Below, in pieces: positions 9,276-17,567 of a stretch of 64,000 nucleotides of DNA (positions within the stretch are counted from its first letter, which is position 1; every line of letters starts with the position of its first letter). The position numbers and the translations under genes are program-made. Origin of the DNA: an uncultured Verrucomicrobiae bacterium (GTDB lineage: Bacteria; Verrucomicrobiota; Verrucomicrobiia; Chthoniobacterales; UBA10450). The notes under the pieces are model-generated. The model made no database searches. It had not been told where the DNA came from and saw nothing but the letters and a program-made list of their open reading frames with translations. The stretch is from the NCBI GenBank assembly GCA_963756875.1, contig CAVWPA010000003.1:768001-832000 (forward strand), written 5' to 3'.

Positions 9276-12200
9276 TCGTCGGATTCCTCTCCGGCAAACG
9301 CCGGATGAGTGCGGCGCCATTTCTCGCACAAGAGATCCTTATCAATCGCCAGGGTCGCCAGCGGATAGTCGCCGGTAAACGTGAACTCGGATCGCAGTTC
9401 GCCGAGCATTCCAAAGATGCCGGTACGCTCGGTTCGGGCGATCTCTTTCCAGATGTCGTTTTGCGCCGTGATATCGGATACGCCGATCTGGGCGTGATCC
9501 AGTTCCGTTTCCCGCGCGAGCAGGCTTACGCCGATATCGCGCCAGCCGAGAGCACGCAGCGCGAGCGCGTAAATGCAAATCTGAACACCGTTGCCCTTCA
9601 CGAGTTCCTTGCGCAACGCCGCCAGTCGCGGTTTTAACGCCGTCGCGATACCGGTCTTGTAATCTACGATCCAGAGCCGGCCGGCCACCGGATCGTCGGC
9701 ATCGGCGAGCAGTAAATCGACCCGGCCGCGAACGCGGAGCTCTTCTCCTTCATCGAGCGGGATGTTCTGTGGAGAATCGAGCACCCATTCGGTGGCGAGT
9801 CGGGGCCAATCGGAAACGCGGCCAAGTTCTTCGGCGAAGCGCTCGGCGAGATACCGCGCGTTGCGCCAACCGGAGAGCCACCAGTCCGGCACTGTTCGCC
9901 GTTCTCCCCCGGGGCGGCTCCGCGCGCCGGTGGCAGACAAGGTTGATATCATTTCCTCGCGAAAGTGTTCCGCCGCATCCGTGACGAGTCGCCGGATTTC
10001 GTCGGCCGGCGGTTTCTTCACAAAACAATTTTTGCTCGATTCATGGCCGGCCGCGGCGAGCCAGCGGTGCACCCATTGGCCGGTCGCGAGGTTCCACGAA
10101 ATTCCATCGTGCTCCACGGATTCAACGCCAAGAAACGTTTTCATCCAAACCAGCGCGGGGCTGGCGAACAATTTGGCGGTGTCGGTTGCCGAAAGGGAGA
10201 CTTTGCGGACCGGCGGCAGGCCTTTGCGAAACGCGAACTCGTATTCGCCAAATGACTGATCGCCGCGACGCCGGGCTTGGTAGGCGAGCCGGGTCTGTTG
10301 GAGATCAGCATCGTCCGTTTTGCCGTCTTGGAATAGATCGGCGCGGTCCAGCCATTTCCGGGTGCGCGCGTAAATTTCGTCGATCTCGCGCTGCGACAAC
10401 GCAGTTCCGCGCGCGGTGAAGTAGAGGCGCGCAAAAAATTCACTCGGATTAATTGCCTGTTCGCGCGGAGATGTAATGTACAGCTGGGCGGTGACTCCAA
10501 TTTCGGCGGTGGTCGATTCGATCGCGTTGAGCAGTTGCCGGAGCGCGATATCGCGCCGGTCTTGTGAAGCAAGGCACAGCGTCATCCCTTCGCGCACAGT
10601 CGTTTGTCCCGCGCCGAAGCGGCTCTCCGTTGTCGCGCGCTTGTTGATCGCGCGCATCCGCGCATTCAACGCGGCGATCTGTTCGTCGGGGAGAAATGGC
10701 GATTCGTCGTCGCGCTTCGGCCATGCGCCTTCGTTCAATCCCGCGAGAATGAGGTGCGACCAGGTTTGGTTTTCTGCCTGATCGCAGCGCAATAATTGTA
10801 CGCGCGCATAAGGGTGGTCACCCTGCGGGTCGCGACAAAAGGCCGATTCAACAAACAGCTCGGTCAGCCACCGGAGAAAGTGTTGACGAGAGAAAGTTTT
10901 CGTAAGCGCTGCGCTCCAGTCACGAGTTAATCGTTCGAGCTCGGCGCCACGTTCGTGCCATCCGAGCTCGCGAAAAATCGACAACGTTATTTTCAAAAAA
11001 TCGCTTAAGTCCGCTTCTTCTGGCAGGAGACGGACCGCGCGAAGTCCACTGACGATTTTGGAGAACTTCTCTTCCACGCGCCGGCTCAAATACTCGGTGA
11101 GAACCTCGACATCGTTAATGAGGATGTCTCCGCACGCGCGGCGCAGCGCTTTTTCAATGTCGCGTAGCGCAAGGTTTGGAAAAAAACCGGCTGCAATCGG
11201 GGAGTGGTTTAGAAATTGCAGCAACGACCCGATTTGCGGTCGTTGCTGCAATTTCAACCAGGCGCGCCATTCCTCGTCATCAAACGCACCGCGCAGGGGA
11301 TGCGCGATTGAGTCGTTGTGAGGAATTCCAAGCGTATCGAGCGCCTGGGCGACCAACCGGGCAAGCGCGCCAGGTCCGGCGAAGAGGATTGCAACGGTTT
11401 CACTGGAAGACTTGTTCAAGAATGACACCGCGAGAGTCGCGATCGCGCGGGCCTGTTCGCTGTTGTCGCGGCCTACCAGAAAATGGACTCTTCCGAGTGG
11501 ACTGGCTTTGCGTGCGGCAACGGCGGAAGGCGACTCAAGTGGTCCGGTCAATTCTGAAAATGGGATCGCGTCCTCTGGTAGCGATGGAATCGGTTCGGCT
11601 GCGTCGTAATGCTGCTCCCATGTCCCAATCCATGTTTGGTCGATCTCGCGCGCTTCATCCCGCGGATCGTTCAAGAGTAGCGTCGCGTTGCGCGACCGGC
11701 GGACGCTCGCATGGAGCAGCGGCCAGAGTGGCCAATGCGCGCCGTCGAACCCGCTTACCAAAAGATTGCCGAATAACGGTTGCGAGTTGCCCGCCGTTTC
11801 GGCCAACAGCCGATCCGCCTCGTGGACCAGCGTGAAACCGCAATCGTGCACCTGTTTCTCGAAAGAGGTAGCGATCTGACGCAAAACGGTGGGCTCAATT
11901 TCCTGCAATTGGCATCCGGCAGCGCGGAGCTGATCGAATGCGCGTAGAAAGTTGTCCGGATCGCGCGCGACCGATTTGGCGATCGGCGCCTCCAATGAAG
12001 GATTCCCTGCTGTCGCGATGCCGGTTCCGGCTTCATCCGCCGCGATCGCAAGTAACAATCGGAGATGTTCGCGCAAAGGCAGCCTCAGGGTGCTGCCGGC
12101 CAACAACAACTCGCGCAATTGCGGCGGCGTAAGGAACTTTACGCCGATCAGGGAAATCCGCTGCGCGAGCAATTGAAGCCGAAAGAAATCGGCATGACCA

Positions 12201-12367
12201 CGTGATGGCGTTATGACTACAACCGGTTCGGTGCTTTCGAGGAAAGCGAGCGCGGCGCGGTTGAACCACGGCAAAAGGACATTCTCCCAGGCTGCCGGGA
12301 AAGAAGATCCGATGTGTAACGAAACAGTGCGCGAATTTTGTCGCGCTTTGGCATTTCTGTGTGCCAT
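9272..12367 (-). CDS. addB: AddB-like partner (degenerate helicase fold plus PD-(D/E)XK nuclease)
   Basis: LILAGLNEGAWP...SPFLPD, SLSATD, RVRGRVDLL...IVDYKTG and QICIYALA; translationally coupled to the addA-like gene. Confidence 0.75.
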   Translation of the reverse strand: MAHRNAKARQNSRTVSLHIGSSFPAAWENVLLPWFNRAALAFLESTEPVVVITPSRGHADFFRLQLLAQRISLIGVKFLTPPQLRELLLAGSTLRLPLREHLRLLLAIAADEAGTGIATAGNPSLEAPIAKSVARDPDNFLRAFDQLRAAGCQLQEIEPTVLRQIATSFEKQVHDCGFTLVHEADRLLAETAGNSQPLFGNLLVSGFDGAHWPLWPLLHASVRRSRNATLLLNDPRDEAREIDQTWIGTWEQHYDAAEPIPSLPEDAIPFSELTGPLESPSAVAARKASPLGRVHFLVGRDNSEQARAIATLAVSFLNKSSSETVAILFAGPGALARLVAQALDTLGIPHNDSIAHPLRGAFDDEEWRAWLKLQQRPQIGSLLQFLNHSPIAAGFFPNLALRDIEKALRRACGDILINDVEVLTEYLSRRVEEKFSKIVSGLRAVRLLPEEADLSDFLKITLSIFRELGWHERGAELERLTRDWSAALTKTFSRQHFLRWLTELFVESAFCRDPQGDHPYARVQLLRCDQAENQTWSHLILAGLNEGAWPKRDDESPFLPDEQIAALNARMRAINKRATTESRFGAGQTTVREGMTLCLASQDRRDIALRQLLNAIESTTAEIGVTAQLYITSPREQAINPSEFFARLYFTARGTALSQREIDEIYARTRKWLDRADLFQDGKTDDADLQQTRLAYQARRRGDQSFGEYEFAFRKGLPPVRKVSLSATDTAKLFASPALVWMKTFLGVESVEHDGISWNLATGQWVHRWLAAAGHESSKNCFVKKPPADEIRRLVTDAAEHFREEMISTLSATGARSRPGGERRTVPDWWLSGWRNARYLAERFAEELGRVSDWPRLATEWVLDSPQNIPLDEGEELRVRGRVDLLLADADDPVAGRLWIVDYKTGIATALKPRLAALRKELVKGNGVQICIYALALRALGWRDIGVSLLARETELDHAQIGVSDITAQNDIWKEIARTERTGIFGMLGELRSEFTFTGDYPLATLAIDKDLLCEKWRRTHPAFAGEESDE

Positions 12368-12407
12368 CCGCTAACGGTAGCAGATTTTATGGTCGCGCCA
12401 CGGCCGC

Positions 12408-14330
12408 CTATTTCGGTTTACGCAATTGTCGCGAGTCGCCGTGACGCTGGGTAACACCGGTGCGATCAAGGTATTCAAGAAACGGAATGATGATGCGCCG
12501 GGAGGTTCCAATTTGCTGGCGGAGTTGACTCGCGGTGGCAGGTCCCTGTCTCGAAATAAAATCAATCACGGCATTTTGCATTTGCTCTGCGGCCCCGCGG
12601 CCGACGACGATTTCGCCGCTAATTTCGACGACTTCCCCTTGCTCGATTAGAAACCGAAGGGCCTGCTGCAGGTCCCGATCTTGTGCGAACTCCTTGCGTC
12701 CAGGCGGATCGAACGGTTTCGCGGACAGCGCGTTTCGAATTGCTTCGGCCGCCGGTAGAATCTGCGGAGGCAACGTCGCGTGATGAGAGGTGCGTGCGAT
12801 CGCCGTCCCCATGCGGACAAAGCCATTTCCAGACAAATCCGAAATAAGCGCCTCGATTACCTCATCGGACCGCTCAGGCAATGCGGCTCGCAAATCGACA
12901 AGCTCCAGGCCGCGCTGTTCGGGACGCTTGTTGTGCGCATCATCGATCAATGCAACCGTCTCTTGGCGCAGAGCGCGCCATTTTTCTGCATTTAAAACAA
13001 TTTTACCACAGCGGACGATTACGCCCGCGTGTTCGAGGCGCAACAAGGCACCGGCAACTTCATCGCTGCTAAAATTGGATTTGTGCAACAGCGCGGGGTT
13101 TTGAGCAAACCCGCAATGTGCAAGTTCGCTGTTCAAACAAACATCGACGCTGCCCGGTGCCGCCGCGCGCGCAGCGAGGAACCGGGTGTACGCCGCAGTT
13201 CGAAAGTTCTCGCGATCGCCATCCGGATTGAGGACCGTGCCGCCGGCGATCGTGTATTGCCCGGATGCATCCCGGATAACAAAGCGATCGCCAAGCAGCG
13301 CCAGGAGCGGCGATTCCAGTCGCAACTGCGCGATCCCATGTTCTCCACATTCGATTGTGCTTTCCCGTGCCAAAACGACCTTCGCGGCAACGCGTGTTGT
13401 GCCATGGTGAACGTAAGCAGAGCTCCCATTTTTCAACGGCCGCGCCGGCGGAGCGTTTCGATTCAACCTTGCCGATTTCTCGAGAAGAACGTCAAGCGTT
13501 GCACTCGGCGAGCCAAGGTCAGCAACGGTGATCACGTCTCCACGTCTGATTCCGCCCGAAGCCGTCCCGGCAGCGATGTCCGGCAAATTAATCGCGGTGC
13601 GCATTCCCGGTATGGCCAGTTCCATGTCGCGCCCGTGATTCTGGACTGATCGAATGCGGGCCGGCAGGTTCTGCGGCTGAACAAGAACGCTCTGGCCGCG
13701 GCGAAGTCGTCCTCCAGTCAGCGTGCCGGTCACGACGGTGCCGATGCCGTGCAGGGTAAAGACGCGATCAACGAACAAGCGTGGCTTCTCGATGTCGCGC
13801 GGCGGTCGTAGAGTGGTGAATTCGGAAGCCAGCGCGCGCTTTAGATCCTCAATTCCTTCACCGGTGCGAGCGGAGGTTGCAACAATCTGCGAGTTTGCGA
13901 AGGGGCTACCACCCAGGCGGTCGCGGATTTGCGACGCGACGTTGCCCGCGTTGTTCAGATCGCTCTTGGTGAGCGCAACGACGGCGCGTTTCACGTCGAG
14001 ATAAGCTAAAATCTCCAAATGTTCCTCGGTTTGCGGCATCCAGCCGTCGTCCGCTGCGACAACGAGCAGCGCCAGATCGATCGAGCCGACGCCGGCGATC
14101 ATGTTGCGAATGAAATCTTCGTGTCCCGGCACATCTACAATTCCGACGTCGAAATGCTTTTCGTCAGGTCCATCGAGAGTTAGTTCGGCAAATCCCAGAT
14201 CGATGGTGATGCCGCGGGCTTTTTCTTCAGGCAAGCGGTCCGGGTCGGTGCCGGTCAGCGCCTGGACGAGCGCGCTCTTGCCGTGATCTACATGTCCGGC
14301 GGTTGCAATAATGAAATTGCTTCGTGTCAC
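12408..14330 (-). CDS. selB: Selenocysteine-specific elongation factor SelB
   Basis: [41 protein letters not shown] and C-terminal winged helix [13 protein letters not shown]. Confidence 0.97.
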   Translation of the reverse strand: MTRSNFIIATAGHVDHGKSALVQALTGTDPDRLPEEKARGITIDLGFAELTLDGPDEKHFDVGIVDVPGHEDFIRNMIAGVGSIDLALLVVAADDGWMPQTEEHLEILAYLDVKRAVVALTKSDLNNAGNVASQIRDRLGGSPFANSQIVATSARTGEGIEDLKRALASEFTTLRPPRDIEKPRLFVDRVFTLHGIGTVVTGTLTGGRLRRGQSVLVQPQNLPARIRSVQNHGRDMELAIPGMRTAINLPDIAAGTASGGIRRGDVITVADLGSPSATLDVLLEKSARLNRNAPPARPLKNGSSAYVHHGTTRVAAKVVLARESTIECGEHGIAQLRLESPLLALLGDRFVIRDASGQYTIAGGTVLNPDGDRENFRTAAYTRFLAARAAAPGSVDVCLNSELAHCGFAQNPALLHKSNFSSDEVAGALLRLEHAGVIVRCGKIVLNAEKWRALRQETVALIDDAHNKRPEQRGLELVDLRAALPERSDEVIEALISDLSGNGFVRMGTAIARTSHHATLPPQILPAAEAIRNALSAKPFDPPGRKEFAQDRDLQQALRFLIEQGEVVEISGEIVVGRGAAEQMQNAVIDFISRQGPATASQLRQQIGTSRRIIIPFLEYLDRTGVTQRHGDSRQLRKPK

Positions 14331-15778
14331 GCCTGCGCGACCGGTGAAAATGTTGCGCAGGCGGCGCGAATTGCATCGATCACGATGTCATCCTGATGCG
14401 GAAAAATCGTGCGCAGATCCAGTTTGAAACGCCCATTGCCAATGTAGCCGATTACGGGTGGAACCGATCGGCGAAGCGTGCGCGCGAAGTCTTGTACGGA
14501 ACAATTTTCCGGCAGGATGTCGATGGCAATCGACGGCAGAATGGACCTTGGCAAAGCGCCGCCGCCGACCTTCCCTGTCCCGCGCCCGATTGTTATTTGA
14601 AGCGGCAGCCCTTGCAGCCGATTCAAAATCGTCGCGGCGCGCCCACGGAGCTCGTCTTTCGGGACCTGCAAAAGTGCGAACGCCGGGATTTCCTGCGTCG
14701 ACTGATGCAGGTGAAGATCGGTAGTCGCCTGGAGCGCCGCAAAAACCAGTTTGTCGCAGCGGAGCGCTCGAAATAATGGCTCGCGCTTAAGCCCGCGTAT
14801 GAAGCGCTTTTTCCCGGCAATGATGCCCGCCTGTGGACCGCCAAAAAGTTTGTCGCCGCTGAAGCAAACCAGGTCCGCACCCTCCTTGATCGCTTCGGCC
14901 GGCATCGGCTCGTGATGGTGCAATCCAAGTTGTTCGGTGGCAACCATTGCGCCGCTTCCCAGGTCCTCAACAAATGGGACACGTTTTTTCCGCGCGAGCT
15001 CGGCGAGTTCCGTCGACGCGGGCGATTCCACGAAGCCGCTCATGGAAAAATTGCTCCGATGAACTTTCAGAATCAATGCCGTTTGCCTGCCGATGGCCCG
15101 CGCATAGTCGGTAAGACTCGTTTTGTTCGTAGCGCCTACCTCACGCAACGTTGCGCCACTGGCCTCAAGTATTTCGCCGATGCGAAAACCGCCGCCGATC
15201 TGGACCATTTCGCCACGGGAAACAATCACTTCCGCGTCCGGGCTCGCCACGGCGAGTCTTCGACCGGATCGGTTTCTTGCCATGTTATTTCTCCCGATGA
15301 AATGGCGGACGATCAAAACCAGGGCGGCCGCACAATTGTTGACAACGGTTGCTGCTTCGGCCTGGCAGAGGACGGCGAGCGCTTGCTCGAGATATGCGCC
15401 GCGGTCGCCGCGCTCGCCGGTCGACAGATCGTGCTCGAGGTTATTGTAAGAGGAGGCAACCGCGCTTAGCGCTTCCGCCGCCTCGCTGGCAAGTGGCGAT
15501 CGTCCAAGATTTGTGTGAACGATGATGCCGGTGCCATTAATGACTGGCTGGAGCCGGCTGGCCCGCAGCTTTGCGAGCGAAACGCGGATGCGATCGACAA
15601 TCGAAGCAAAATCGGGGATTTCACCCGTTGCGCGCATTTCCGAGAGCTCCCGCCGGACGAGATCGACAACCACTGGTCGCGGCAGGTCGGTCCGAGCCGG
15701 ACTGGCCTGTCCGCCTAACGAATCGAGTACGCTCGTAACAGCCGGAATGGAGCGACGCGACTTTAGTTTGCCATGCAT
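14327..15778 (-). CDS. selA: L-seryl-tRNA(Sec) selenium transferase SelA
   Basis: PVINGTGIIVHTNLGRSPL, VVNNCAAA, SRGEMVQIGGGFRI, EDLGSG and the PLP lysine motif FSGDKLFGGPQAGII. Start placed at ATG 15778 (MHGKLKSRRSIP). Confidence 0.96.
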   Translation of the reverse strand: MHGKLKSRRSIPAVTSVLDSLGGQASPARTDLPRPVVVDLVRRELSEMRATGEIPDFASIVDRIRVSLAKLRASRLQPVINGTGIIVHTNLGRSPLASEAAEALSAVASSYNNLEHDLSTGERGDRGAYLEQALAVLCQAEAATVVNNCAAALVLIVRHFIGRNNMARNRSGRRLAVASPDAEVIVSRGEMVQIGGGFRIGEILEASGATLREVGATNKTSLTDYARAIGRQTALILKVHRSNFSMSGFVESPASTELAELARKKRVPFVEDLGSGAMVATEQLGLHHHEPMPAEAIKEGADLVCFSGDKLFGGPQAGIIAGKKRFIRGLKREPLFRALRCDKLVFAALQATTDLHLHQSTQEIPAFALLQVPKDELRGRAATILNRLQGLPLQITIGRGTGKVGGGALPRSILPSIAIDILPENCSVQDFARTLRRSVPPVIGYIGNGRFKLDLRTIFPHQDDIVIDAIRAACATFSPVAQA

Positions 15779-16815
15779 ATCACAGAGGCGCGGCGGCGGA
15801 CAATCCGGCCAATTGTCGCAGCGCAAGGCGTGCCCGCTTGTTTCAGAATGCGCAGAACTTTTGGAAGCGATCTCTCCGCGACGCACAGAAGCAGTCCACC
15901 GCTGGTTTGGGCGTCGGTGAGCAGGATTCTCTGTTGGTTGCTCACATTTTTCCAGTCCACGATGGAATCAGCCGCCTCGAGATTATCCCGGCTTCCTCCC
16001 GGCACGCAGCCTCGCGCAACGAGACCGGCAATCTCGCGGGAGAGCGCGGGCACCCGGCTTTGGTCGATCTCTGCGGAGACGGCGCTTGCCCGGCACAAAT
16101 TGGTCAGGTGCCCGATCAAACCGAATCCGGTGACGTCTGTGGCCGCCCGAATGAGACGTTTCTCAGCAAGGTCGGCGCCGATCGAATTAATTTTGGACAT
16201 GAGTGAGATCACTTTTCTCTCGAGTCGGCTTGAGGCGAGACCGCGCTTGATGGCGGTGGTAGCGACACCAGTGCCAAGCGGTTTTGTGAGCACGAGCAAA
16301 TCTCCCGGGCGCGCTTTTGCGTTCGTCACCATGCATCGCAGATCGACCATTCCGGTGACGGCAAGCCCGTAGATCGGTTCCGGATTGCGAATGGAGTGTC
16401 CGCCGATAATGGCGCAGCCAACCTCGGCGGCTTTCTTCAAGCCACCGCGCAGGATTGCGGTGATGGTTTTCGCAGGCACAAGGTTCTTTGGAAATCCCAT
16501 GATGTTCAGCGCAGTCAGCGGACGACCTCCCATGGCGAAGACGTCCGAAAGCGCATTGGCAGCGGCAATTTGTCCGTAGGCGAACGGATCGTCCACGATC
16601 GGTGTGAAAAAATCCACGGTCTGCACAAGTGCGCGGTGCCGGTCCAGGCGATAAACACCGGCGTCGTCGAACGTGCTCGAGTTCACGAGAACATTGGCGT
16701 TTTTGGAAACGGGAAGCTGACGCAAAACTTGCGCCAGGGCCTGTTGGCTCAATTTGGCTGCTCACCCGGCGCAGGATGACAGCGAAGTCAATGAGCGGAT
16801 TCGTTCGCGCGACAT
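15763..16815 (-). CDS. selD: Selenide, water dikinase SelD; selenoprotein with in-frame UGA (Sec18)
   Basis: From ATG 16815, preceded by RBS GGAGGT, the frame reads MSRERIRSLTSLSSCAG-UGA-AAKLSQQAL. The UGA at 16762-16764 sits at the catalytic Cys/Sec position. Followed by DDAGVY, QTVDFFTPIVDDP, TDVTGFGL and DAQTSGGLL. Confidence 0.95.
16717..16737 (-). promoter_or_regulatory. Putative SECIS hairpin of selD
   Basis: mRNA CUGGCGCAA-GUU-UUGCGUCAG: 9-bp stem with one G.U pair and a G-containing loop starting 34 nt after the UGA. Confidence 0.7.
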
Positions 16816-16832
16816 GCGTCACCTCCCTTCTT

Positions 16833-16933
16833 ATTGTGGATTGCGGATTGCGGATTTCGGATTGGCAGAAACGGAGCATCAGTGTGCGCGTTCTTCTTCA
16901 TCAATCCCCACTCCGCAATCGCCAATCCGCAAT
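16833..16933. repeat. Inverted pair of tandem heptamer arrays (ATTGCGG)n / (CCGCAAT)n
   Basis: ATTGTGG ATTGCGG ATTGCGG ATTTCGG ATTGGC (16833-16866) and CAAT CCCCACT CCGCAAT CGCCAAT CCGCAAT (16902-16933). Confidence 0.9.
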
Positions 16934-16941
16934 TGATCAGG

Positions 16942-17032
16942 CGGAGAGGACAGGAATCGAACCTGCCCCGGCTCTTGCGAACCGACAACGGTTTTGAAGA
17001 CCGCGAGGGCCACCAGGCACCCTTCACTCTCC
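16942..17032 (-). tRNA. selC: tRNA-Sec (anticodon UCA)
   Basis: GGAGAGUGAAGGGUGCCUGGUGGCCCUCGCGGUCUUCAAAACCGUUGUCGGUUCGCAAGAGCCGGGGCAGGUUCGAUUCCUGUCCUCUCCG. It has anticodon loop CU-UCA-AA, a UGGU D-loop, a long variable arm, T-arm GCAGG-UUCGAUU-CCUGU and discriminator G. CCA is not encoded (CCU follows). Confidence 0.96.
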
Positions 17033-17049
17033 TGAAGAAAGAAAAAGAA

Positions 17050-17142
17050 AACGCCGAACGCCCAACGTCCAACGCCCAACGCCGAACTGTGCACGGCTTT
17101 TGGAGTTGAGCGTTGGACGTTGGACGTTGGGCGTTCGGCGTT
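17050..17142. repeat. Inverted pair of tandem heptamer arrays (AACGYCS)n / (SGRCGTT)n forming a hairpin of about 38 bp
   Basis: AACGCCG AACGCCC AACGTCC AACGCCC AACGCCG AAC (17050-17087) versus GTT GAGCGTT GGACGTT GGACGTT GGGCGTT CGGCGTT (17105-17142). Confidence 0.92.
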
Positions 17143-17196
17143 TGACTGTGGTAAGAGACGAAAACGCCAGGAGGTCGAGACTTTGCCGAACTGGCA

Positions 17197-17433
17197 CTAC
17201 TTGAGCTTCTTGATCGCCTTGACGATGGCGTCGAAGTCCGGCCAGTCGCCGGAATCGAGTTTGGAATGAAGGAGCTGGCCATTGGCGCGAATTTCAAAGG
17301 CGCCGCCGCTTGACGGGATGAGCGTGAGCGATTTGATGCGTTCGCCGAGTTCGAGAATCTGGGTCGCCAAACTGACGGCCTTGGGCGTGTAGTTTCAAAC
17401 CACGCAGTATTCGATCGATACTTCGGTCTTCAT
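17197..17433 (-). CDS. Rdx (SelT/SelW/SelH) family selenoprotein, CxxU motif, 78 aa; absent from the ORF track
   Basis: RBS AAGGAG, then MKTEVSIEYCVV-UGA-NYTPKAVSLATQILELGERIKSLTLIPSSGGAFEIRANGQLLHSKLDSGDWPDFDAIVKAIKKLK. UGA at 17395-17397. The IEYCxxU and LIPSSGGAFEI segments are Rdx hallmarks. Confidence 0.93.
17362..17380 (-). promoter_or_regulatory. Putative SECIS hairpin of the Rdx gene
   Basis: mRNA GGCCGUCA-GUU-UGGCGACC: 8-position stem with one C.A mismatch and one U.G pair; loop starts 23 nt after the UGA. Confidence 0.65.
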
Positions 17434-17456
17434 CCCGGGCTCCTTTCCGGCGCCAA

Positions 17457-17484
17457 AGTATGGGCGAGGCCGGACCGGGTCAAG
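17457..17484 (-). promoter_or_regulatory. Possible sigma70-type promoter of the Sec cluster
   Basis: TTGACC-15 nt-CATACT on the minus strand, about 25 nt upstream of the Rdx start. The spacer is short. Confidence 0.35.
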
Positions 17485-17501
17485 ACGTCCTCGGAGTGTA
17501 C

Positions 17502-17559
17502 AAGAAATCTGCGCGTCGCCCCGCAGCCGGCCGGCCTGGGAACGAAGCGCAGATCTTTT
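17502..17559. terminator. Inverted repeat, possible terminator downstream of the outer-membrane protein gene
   Basis: ATCTGCGC(GTCG)...(CGAA)GCGCAGAT flanked by A-rich and T-rich tails. Confidence 0.45.
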
Positions 17560-17567
17560 AACCGGGA

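Noticed and set aside
15779..15886. Long N-terminal extensions given by the ORF track (selA, addA, paralog B, glgA, wzy and others)
   Set aside because: They overlap neighbouring genes and lack family similarity. Downstream starts give RBS or stop-start coupling and proper signal peptides.
16925..16960. Integrative element at the selC 3' end
   Set aside because: selC is a common integration site, but I found no integrase and no duplicated tRNA 3' end (att site) in the window.
16833..17142. CRISPR array
   Set aside because: The units are 7-nt tandem repeats without unique spacers, and there are no cas genes in the window.
16788..17297. 169-aa ORF across selC, and other ORFs with IRNPQSAI or TPNAQRP peptides
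   Set aside because: These are translations of the tRNA gene and the heptamer repeats, and they overlap the better-supported Rdx gene out of frame.
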